A stretch of 64,000 nt of DNA, taken from the NCBI GenBank assembly GCA_030141605.1, contig JAQGDQ010000007.1:545173-609172 (forward strand), read 5' to 3'. Shown piece after piece: positions 53,526-64,000 of this stretch; position 1 is the stretch's first letter; the number at the start of each line of letters is the position of its first letter. This DNA comes from Tubiluchus corallicola (lineage: Eukaryota > Animalia > Priapulida). Both the position numbers and the translations under genes were made by a program. The notes under the pieces are model-generated. The model had not been told where the DNA came from and searched no databases. It worked only from the letters and a program-made list of their open reading frames with translations.

Positions 53526-55796
53526 GTCAGTATTGAAATTTTGTCTATGAATTTCGAAAAAAACGCTGATTATGGTTTGTAAGCAGAAAAAAGGAAATAA
53601 CTGAAGTGCTAGAGCTTAGACTCTCACTCTTCTGGTAATTCAAATGATTTTGGAAGAACATGAGACAGTCTGACTGCACAAATTTGCAGCTGCCATATGA
53701 AATCTAGCAAAACAGGTGCCAATAACAAACCGCCAAATTCTCCAATGTAATTTTCTTCAAAAAGTCATGAAAATGTATAAAACCACAGGTGAAGCATTAA
53801 CACTTTTACAATAAGATAAGCTGTTGACCGTGACACTCATCCCGTTACTATAGCAACTGTGAAATGTTACTCTCGAAAGAACCTGTATTAATTAGCAGGA
53901 AAATTGTATTTTTAACTGCAAATTGTTGGAAATTCATTGTTAGCACAATGAGCCCCCATCACGGAGAAAAGTGAGTCTCATTAAACCTTAAGGTTATCTG
54001 TGTTAAAACACTCACACAATCCGGTGAAATTGATTGGTGATTATGGATGATTGTGTCTGTGAATGTAGTTGTGGGATTAATCTTAGATGTTTGAAGACAT
54101 AATACTAGTATATTAAGCGTAAGCCCTTAAGTGCAAAAACACAAGACTAGCCAATAGTTAATGTATAAACGCACACAAATAAATTTAATCAATTATCAGA
54201 TTAATTTAGTTTTGTTATTAACAACGCGCGGACCATTATTGTCTAAGAAACCCATGCGTCCTGATTAGAACGCTGCATGCTAATCACGCTGCAAATGTTT
54301 TTATATCATAATTGATTTTATTTCATTTATTGACATTTATACATATATTAAAATAGTATAAAAGAAAGAATTCAACAGACGCAAGCGCACTTACGCTGAT
54401 CCTATAAAACATAAAATGACGCTCAAAAACAAAATCTATACAAACAATATCCTAAAATTGAATACACCTCATTAAAAGGCTCTTGAAATGTAATTATATG
54501 TGAAATATATACTCTATACAATACATTTTATGCAATAATACGGTATGGAAAGAAGCAATTAGGCCTATGATAACATATTTTGGATAAACTTACAATAAGT
54601 TACACAAAGTTATCATTTACTTATGAAAAACATAAAAATGACGTTACTTAAGTTAAAAGACCGAATCTACGTCAGTCTGTATCTGTTTATCGTTAGAGTT
54701 CAACTATCTAATTTTCAGTCTTTTCAACACTGACTTAAAATAGAGTTAATTTCAAAGTTAATAAGAAATGAATTCTACCAACACATACGCTTTTATTACC
54801 ATTTAGCATAGTACCTGCCATTTATTGGTTTTTATTAACAATTTATACAGCAACTGTTCTTTGCCATGTTTGCTTTTGATCTTCATATCAGAAATTCAGA
54901 ATCTCTATTAAGCTTAATTGTTCGTTGATTTCTTTTGTCAATGTCAAATTTTTAAAGACGACTTAATCATCCCGTGTATACCATGTAGGCTCACAGTATA
55001 AACATATTTTTTCACTTTATTTATAGATAATTTAAAAAAGCTACACTATTAATTATCATAAGTCAAATGTTTATAGTCTTGAAGGATATGCTATCCGGTT
55101 TGTATAAATGCCCGGATAAACGCAGTTTTCAGCAGCAAATAAACGCGCAGCTTTGTAGTTCACGCGGCATGTTTGTTGCGCCTACGCGGCAGCAAATAGA
55201 ATAAAATTAGCGGTTTATATAAATCGTAAATTTGCCCGGGTGTTGTCAACAATAAGTCAGTTCAGTGGAGCATGATGCTACTGGTAGTACACCTGCCGCC
55301 AGCCTTCCAGAAAAACACGTGACCTTGAGAGATGTCACGTGACGTGCTAAGTCTGACTCATAGCAATGGTCATCTAGGAGAAGCACTTAAGCAATTACGT
55401 ACTTATGCAGATGATTACGTCATGTGTTGGCGTGTGTAAAAGACTTTTTCAGAAAACTGAATCTGAATCTGAAATGGCAGTATAACAGTAACATTTCACA
55501 TTTGTTTCCCTGAAAGTATCATGCGAAGAACAACAATCATTTCATATAAAAATCATTAGACCTTTCTCAAGTTACACGATTGAGAAAATAACGTCATAGA
55601 TGGAGAAAATTGCGTCATAAGGGTGACTTTCGCTCCTGGCAATCTTTTGTTTTCAATTAATCGCCTAGATGTTTTAGATAGTGTAGAGCAAAACTAGTGA
55701 CACCAAAGGAGGAGTTCCTGTAGTACTTATACATAATTCCTGACTTCTCCGAGTGACAAATAGAAGAGCAAAAAGAAAAAACAAAAACACCGCATA

Positions 55797-56290
55797 CCCT
55801 TTTACGGGGCAAAACGGTTTCAAAACGTTTCTGCCAAACGATTTTCAGAATGGTTGGAGCGTTGACACGGTAGGTCAAAACGTTTTCGCAACGTTTTCAC
55901 CAAACGGTTTTGAAAGTGTTTTGGTAGGTTGTTTGGAAACGTTTGGACGTTTGCATGTGGGAAAACGTTTTTCTGTAGAAACATAGTTCATTTTTTTTAA
56001 TTAAATGGTTGATTCGACGGTATCAAGGCACGCTAAACATGATTCAATTGCAAAACGGTTTATCCAGTGACAATGTGTACACTGAAACTGTTTGAAAACT
56101 GTTTGTCGATGACCGTATGAAGATTCAAACTGTTTCAAAAATGATTTGCGAAAAGGTTTCGCATTGTTTCAAACCCTTTGCTGTGTGAAAAGGGCAAAAA
56201 TGATTTGGTGAAAACGTTTCGAAAACGTTTGGGCTGTCGCATGAGAATGCTCAAATCGTTCTGAAAAAGATTTTAAAACGTTTTACGCGT
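55797..56290. mobile_element. Foldback/MITE-like element with reiterated AAAACGTTT / AAACGGTTT motifs
   Basis: Imperfect TIR pair CCCTTTTACGGGGCAAAACGGTTTCAAAAC (from 55797, preceded by TA) and GTTTCAAACCCTTTGCTGTGTGAAAAGGG (to 56194). Many internal AAACGTTT-type palindromes. A second inverted match links ~55877-55912 and ~56195-56230. Confidence 0.6.
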
Positions 56291-57576
56291 ATTAATGTAT
56301 TAGTAGGTATTTTTGTCAAGGGCGTGCAAACAGAGATACTTGTATCACTTTAAACTCAATTTTGAAACCGAAGTCATTATACAAAATACTGTTTGTTCAC
56401 TTTATGTCCACAAACTCCTTATTAAATTAAAATAACAAAAATTGTTAAATAAAAATATAAGCAAAAACGAGTTAAAAATCTAAATGAATGTTTTAACTGA
56501 TCTATGCTCTTAATTATCTTATAAATAAGCCTGATAAACCGCCGCACCAAACTATGCTTTTGGCACTGCGATTTATAGTATTGTTTAATGCATATATATA
56601 CATATCCGTATTTTTTATAACTCTTTCTTGCTGCTTTTTTTTAAATTCCCAGGTGCCAACCCGTTCGCCTCCAGGAGGCACATCATTCGCTCTTTCTTTA
56701 TTTCACATATTCGCGCAAATTGGCGTTTGATGGTTTAAGCGGAAAACTAATATGATATTGTGCGTGTAAAAACAGCAACAGCGCACACTCTAATTACCTG
56801 TGTTCAACCAAATTGCGGTCATTGTGGTACTGATGCTGAGGATCAACTGACGGTGAAATTAGCATCCTAACATCTGCTGATACAATTTAAACAACATCTG
56901 TCTTTTATATGCATAGAACCGTTTTACGGTGTTTTTGTTTCTGGTGTTTTGAAGCAAAATTTTATGGGATCACGACTATAGCCGACTATATTGTGTTTTG
57001 TATTTAAAAGTCAATGGAAACCAGGTAACAAGAAGTTAGCACTCATGGCATTGCTACAGTTTTCCACCAGTACCATATTATTCATAAGTCTAGGGACCCA
57101 CCAAGAGCAGGTGCCCCCATGCAACCTTTTTTCTTTTAGTTTTTCTTCCTCTCCGAAAGATAAAAAGCTCAATCATTTAGCATTAATGCATCGTCTGTGC
57201 TCCGGATATTAAACTCGAACAATGTTCTGGATCAATTTGTTGAAAGATTAACAGGAAAACGTTTAAGTAACTAGATACTTGTAGCGTAGCACCATATATA
57301 TTTAACTTTTAGTGTTATGTTAGTACAGTACAGGTATTTTAGTATTGTTTTGCTTCATACTAATGAAAGGTTGTCTGATAAGACGATATTAGTTTCTTTG
57401 TTACTCCATTAATTACATCATTTGTAGTAATATCAATGTAACAAATTGCACGAAAGGAAAGCCTGAAAGGGGGAGGGTCTGAGTGATTGCGTCAAGGGGC
57501 CCAAAGAAGCTCGAAACCTATGCGCACTGCCGTGGGTTAACACGGCACTGTTTTCCACATTAGTGATTTTTCACTC

Positions 57577-57702
57577 CACAATTAATTCAATTTTGATACC
57601 AAACTTGAAAGACAGGAAATGTGCAAAATTTTGAACCCAGCCTGGATTGAACCATGGACCTTTTGCTTACAATGCAGATGCCTAGATCACTAAGCCACCG
57701 CA
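57577..57702 (-). mobile_element. tRNA-derived SINE, family A, copy 1
   Basis: Minus strand reads GCGGTGGCTTAGTGATCTAGGCATCTGCATTGTAAGCAAAAGGTCCATGGTTCAATCCAGGCT (A-box and B-box-like). The non-tRNA tail that follows is shared with 8813-8916. Confidence 0.65.
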
Positions 57703-58621
57703 TTCATCATTTATCAAGGCAGTCCATCAGTGATTCATCTCTTATAGCTAGCATACCAAAATTCAGTTTTTACAATGTTAGATCGCTCACACTAGAGTAA
57801 GACGACTTCTATTTGATTAATTTTGAGCCAAAAATTTCCACATTTTGTTTTTTTTAAGAATTTCCTCGGAAGAAAACAAGAAACTAGACTGATCGTAATA
57901 TTTTTTTATTTTGTTCCGAAGAATACGAAAGATTTGAAAACTCAGAATTTTACTGTTAATTTCTGTAATTTTTAAAACGTAATTAATAATTTCGCAAATT
58001 TAATTCTTAGTAATAAGAATAAGTACAACTAATGAAGAATCCCGCACTTTAAAACTAAGAAAAAAACACGTTTCGTGTTGAGGCTACATTGTTCTTCAAA
58101 GAAAACAAATGCTTTTGTGTTGAGAGACGGATATTAAAGTGAACTAAATACGTCGTTGAACTTTGCATTCAACCAATTAAATATAACCGGTGGTTAAGAA
58201 ACGTACATTAAATATAGCTCATACAGCTACCTCTTTACGTATCTATCTTTTGTATACTTAGTTTACTATAATTATGATTATGTATAAAGACCGATAAGAT
58301 AGACTGTGATTTCAAGTTCAGTGTTGGGGTAATAGCTTCTTGGCTCAGCACTTATAGGTCACAAACGCTTAAAAGGTTTTTATGTTTAAATCCTGATGTG
58401 TTCTGCTTTTTTCCCAGCATTCCTAAAAGTATGTATTATCTTGAGTAATTATAAGTGTTTTACAACTTAAATTAAGTGCAGTAAGAAAGATGACTAGCAA
58501 TACTATTCTTATCTGCTTAGTAACATTTCTGGAACTTCATTAGAAACGTCAATAGTATTTATTGCATACTTTGTTACAAACAGACTACGATTTTATTAGT
58601 TAAAAAGAAAACTCGCAATTG

Positions 58622-58933
<312 letters not shown>

Positions 58934-61394
58934 AATTAGTAAGCAACAGGAAATGACTCCTTATGGATATAGCCTTATAAAGCATTGACTAAAAGTTGAA
59001 TGCAAAAGGTTAATTCCTGAAAACAGGATTATAAAAAATTTATTACAGTAATTTAAGTAACAGTAACAGTTTAAGTGACTGTAATGATTAGCAAAACTTT
59101 TCTGTAAAGGCCTATTAAAATTTTATTGTGAAATATAGATGCAAAACACTGTTTGTTAAACTTAACCATGAGGTTCTGATTCTGAATTAATGCTGCATGA
59201 GCAGCATGACACTAAGAGTTAACTCTAGTAAGCACTTTCTCACCACTGATGCAAGTCAACTTATTTTGACGTACTGAAATTTAATTTTTTTATCCGATCA
59301 CAAATGAAATTTAACAAAAAACTACCTGACAAAATTTAACTTTTGATTTTTGTCTTTCATCAAGCAGCACTAAAATTTGTTCCTTTCTTGTTTTTACCTC
59401 CAAGATTCTGATAATGAATGACGAATGAATCTGCTTACTGATATTTAACTACTATTCTCTGCAATGAAATTTTATTCAGACTTTCTAAATTCCATTACTG
59501 AAATGCATTTGCCAGACACTGACCATCAGTGAAATTTAATTGACCTGCGAGTCTCACTGATGTGTTTGCACAGCAACAACAACAACAACAATAATAGCCA
59601 TGGTGTCGCTGCTCTTGTTTTGTATCTGCCACCTTCTTTTCTCTGCTTTGCAATTTAAAGTGAAAAACTGTTAGATTTAATAGTTTGCAAATCGAGTAGA
59701 ATCAGGGTGTTATCAGATTTCACCTCAACTTTATGAAGGACAAAACGTTTTGCTAAAATTTTCTCTTTATCTGTTATTACATCCTTAGAAAATTGTTACA
59801 AATTAACTCTTGTCAAAATCCTAATGGCTGCGTCCAGTCAGTTAATTTGCTAGCAAGAGAAAAGGAGCCGTTTGACGAGTGTCGATATAGCAACTCCAAC
59901 GAAAGGTTCATAGCGTGATCTTTGTAAAATGTGAAAGCAGTGCAGTGCGTTACCTAACCACCTAAAAAACCTTGTAATTTCCTTTATAATTATACTTATT
60001 ATTATCATCATCGAAAAAAACTCATATTAAAGTATCGATAAACGAAAAATAACTTTACCAATTTTCAAACAACTTTAACTCTTCGAAACATAATTAACAA
60101 GGTTTAATGGGCTATGTAAACTAACAATCCACCTGCCACGATGATACTCTTAGTTCTTTACAAAGGTCCGTTGATTGCTCAATGAATGCAGGCTTATGCT
60201 AAATGTAGAATCTCGTTATACGTTATTTGGCGTGATTGCAATTATAGCTTGTATTACTCGTCAATAATTACTGGTAAAAGCCATTGTTAGTAACAAATTT
60301 CACCTCTCGATAGATGTGTAACAGCTCAGAATGAGTGCGACTATGGATTACCGAATTACAAAATTCTTATTCTGACAGAAAGCAATATATTATCATAATT
60401 AATAACCAGCAATTTGCTACAATGTGACCTCCATAAGGCTTAGCCTAACTAACTGTCAGTAACAGGTTTGCAAAACAGAAACTAAGCGTTTAAGTAATTT
60501 TCCACCTAAACACTCGACCGAGTGAAGAGAAATTCGTACAAACAGTCGCCGACACAACAACAGTGTAGTCTGATATAATCATCATCATTAACGTCATATT
60601 TACCCGTCATTTGGCTAACTCCCTAATCGGTTTACTGAAGAAAACGTTTAAACGGTTGGCAAAAGAGATGGTAAACGGTTTGTTATTGGGAAAGATTTTG
60701 CACAGAGACGTCTCTTTATGTGGGAGCAGTTGACGTTAAATGGAACTAATACGGTAATTGCGCAAAAGTGTTTTTCTTAATCTCATGTAAACAAGCCTCC
60801 CTTGTACAGAACGGGTGGAGAAAAAATTGCTCGTAGGTTTGGCGAGAGGCCTGTACAAACTTTTCATTTCAGTTTTACAACAGGCACAGTTGTGAATGCA
60901 AGAAATTAGTTACGTAGTTTTCTATTATCAACGTTGATTGCAGCACTCCTAGACGTATTCTTCTGAACTAATTAATACAGCTAGCTATCTCAGTAGCTTT
61001 GAAGGCAACTGCTTACCAGCAAGTCATTCAATTTTTATTTATCCACCACTGTGACCACTCTCTGGACAACTCTCTGGAATTGGTGTTACATAATTTCTTT
61101 TCACTTTGTTCTTTTTCCAACTATCTTTTTCTTTCTCTTTTGTATTCTTTAATTTCTTACTCTTCCCCTGTTGGGTGTTCTTTTTCTTCTATATTCTGTT
61201 CCTTTCCATCGGTCCATTTTCATCTTTTTTTCTACTCAGTTCTCCTGATCTTTTTTGCACGTTTCCTCCCATTTTATCTTGCAATTTAAATTTGACATTT
61301 CTTATTAATTTTTTGCTATCGTTATGTTAGATAGAAACTCAGATGTTCATTAATCAAAACGTATTTTTCCACAATTGTCCCTTCTCAGTTGTTT

Positions 61395-61590
61395 TCATCA
61401 TCATTATCGTTACTTTATCGTTGCCATCACTGTTATTCTTATTGTCATCGCCATCATTATCATCATGGTCATGGTCAATGGTCATCATCATCATTATCAT
61501 TATCATTATCATCATCATCATCATCATCATCATCGTCGTCGTCGTCGTCGTCGTCGTAGTCGTCGTCATCATCATCATCACCATCATCAC
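61395..61590. repeat. (ATC)n/(GTC)n compound microsatellite
   Basis: Read directly; source of poly-His/Ile/Met spurious ORFs. Confidence 0.93.
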
Positions 61591-64000
61591 ATCAACATCG
61601 TCGCCATAGTCATCGTTGTTTTTACTTGTATTTCACCTCTTTTTCTTATTTCTTCCATTCTCCTTTTGTTTTTTAAATATCGTTTTCTTCTTGTTTTTCT
61701 GTTTCTTCGATTTACCTCTTTTTTCTTCTTTTTTGTTGGCGTTTAGATGATATCAATCACAGGTAGAGAATCTTAAAAAACAGGTTAAACAAAACCCGTT
61801 GAGATACTGGTTATTCTTGATTGGGGATATTGTCTTGTCATGTTGAGACTAATGAAATGATATACAATGTCAAAGGCAACTAATTAGTGGCATGAAGTCA
61901 GCCTAGCGTTGTTTATTTAGTTGAAGAAAAACATTTTTATTGTAAATGTATACATTATATTGTTCACAGTAAATTAAGTGGTAGTTTAGTAAGCAACTAA
62001 CTTGGATGCTGCAGTACTACCTTTACATTTTTGCTTTCTGACATCACATTAAATTTTATTGTATTGTAATATTCTCACCAAATTCTTTTTGCGAGTTAAA
62101 TTTTTCCGAGTTTATAAACGCAAGAAAGATTATTTAGAATCAAACAAATGAAACTAATAAATTAAAAAAGCCAAAAATCATTTTAAATATTTTACTAAAC
62201 GTGTAAAAGCTTTTTGCTCAATAATGCACGCACTTCCCACATAGTGACCGCATTCTTTCATTACAAGTCATACCTTGTCAAAGCTGAAATACTAATGCTT
62301 AATGCTTAATGTACTTTAGAGGACATTTCACTTGATAGGGGGCAGCAGTTAACAACTACAAATTTCTTTCTTGAGTTTGCTTGCTCACAAATGATCACCC
62401 AACTAAGAATCATGGATGTTAAATGACGTGATAATTATGTTATTCTAATTCTTCTCATTGAACGAAATATCTGTACATGTACTACCCATTGCTAAGCGAG
62501 TCCAAATGACTGTGGGTCCTTGCTGTCTAGGCCTCCACCTACCATCAACTTAAAGATGCAAAACCTAAGATGAAAAGTTATGGATACCTCTGATCAGTTT
62601 ACCACATTGGTTTTACCAGCAAAGGGTTAAACGCATTAGCGAGAGCCCTTTTCTTTTCTAACTCTTCCTGTACCACTGACACGATACCTGCATTCAGGAC
62701 TTATAATACTTCTAACCTACTCAATAGACGCCTTGTTTCCCCTGCTGACAAAAAGCTCTGCTACTTCCGCTCCGTGTTTTGTCGTGATCACGGATAAATG
62801 CTTTCTGCTAATCCCTAACCAAAACACACAGTAACAATGGCTTGGACCCGCTAGTTGAAATCATTCAACAAAATTCCCGGCTAAAGTTAAACTGTGTGAA
62901 ACCGAGTCGATGATAAGTGAAGATGGCACTGTTATTAATACCCGAATGCACCTGTTGTTGTCGGGGGCTGCGCTAGATCATGGGTGTGGAGAAGATGTCA
63001 CTATAGAGTGTAAAGGGCGAAACCACGTCAAGTTATTGGGAAGAGGGTGTCATTATGTGGTTGTACTTGGTTTTATCGAGTAGATTTAGGTATCGTGGCG
63101 CTGGCTACTGGAAAACAGCATTATTATTTACACCCAATTACGCTGGTTGTTGTCTAAGGGAAAGCCAGTTCAAGGGTGTCATCGAGATTACAGTTGTTGG
63201 GTACAGACTGTAACTGTGCCTGGAAGATCAAGCGGGTCGTTAGGTGCGTCAGGGATGGGGTGTGGGCGAAGAAACAATAGTCCACATGAGTGTCTGTGCC
63301 ACAAACATTTTTGGCAATTTGACGTAATAATAACAGGAAACTGATTGCATTTTATTCAAAACAAAATGACGAAGTACCATTGTAAAAATAAACAGATGAA
63401 AAAACTCTGGCATTTGCAGTTTACAAATCATAATTTGGTGACATAATTATAGGGAACTACATATTGAAAACTAGATATACGTTATGCAGGCCTGTAATGG
63501 CTTTTCTTTACATGGCCTGAACCTGGCGCAGCAAAGGAACGCAGGACTTGTAATCCATTAAAGTTTTTGTTCAAATTTGAAAGATCAAGTGAAACATAGG
63601 CGTATACGTCATCTTAAATTTAATTCAGTTCAACCATTTTATAACAGATGCGGCGCCTTCTTCTGGCAGAAGTTGTAACCTATCATTGCCACTAAAGCGG
63701 ATCAAGAGAAAAACCGTCTGTGGAGTTGGGCTGACTATAACTTTTTGTTTTAAGTAAGGTTTCGTACCTATAACATCCAATTAATTTTCTCTGGGCAATG
63801 GCACATTGTTTCTTAAGGCGTAAGCTTATTATTAATTTTACATTTCTGATAATTCTATAGCACTAAAGTTGTGAAAAGTGAACTAATTACAGATCACGTT
63901 CTTCTGTCAAAGTATTTAAAAACCATTATCCCAGTTCTATGCAAACATTCGAGTATATTAAAGCTTGAATAAAGTAAAGTTCTATGCCACTCGATGTGGG

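Noticed and set aside
56625-56740. Strong plus-strand acceptor-like site (pyrimidine tract then CCCAG at 56648-56652)
   Set aside because: Downstream frames close quickly, and I found no partner exons or homology.
56758-56790. miR-210-like TTGTGCGTGT (also a miR-1-like TGGAATGT near 38245)
   Set aside because: Only the seed region matches; there is no complementary arm forming a precursor hairpin.

Overview
AT-rich, microsatellite-rich animal genomic DNA. CpG is not visibly depleted, so it is most likely from a bilaterian invertebrate; I cannot name the species. I can support one protein-coding gene: a four-exon BarH/Barhl-family homeobox gene on the minus strand, join(complement 47701..48067, 38783..38894, 37985..38098, 33071..33380), 300 aa. 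The ORF track shows only its first exon in the correct frame. I rebuilt the rest by hand: all introns are GT-AG and all phases match. The protein has an eh1/FIL motif, a His-rich tract, a Tyr49 homeodomain split by two introns and the conserved [13 protein letters not shown] tail. The remaining ~33 kb downstream and ~16 kb upstream look like a gene desert. It holds MITE-like elements (one with a perfect 8-bp TSD), tRNA-derived SINE heads, a diverged ~440-bp inverted repeat pair enclosing a cluster of CTCF-like motifs, candidate enhancer motif clusters, and a 60-nt hairpin in the putative 3' UTR. I found no convincing new multi-gene system; the open leads are regulatory and structural.
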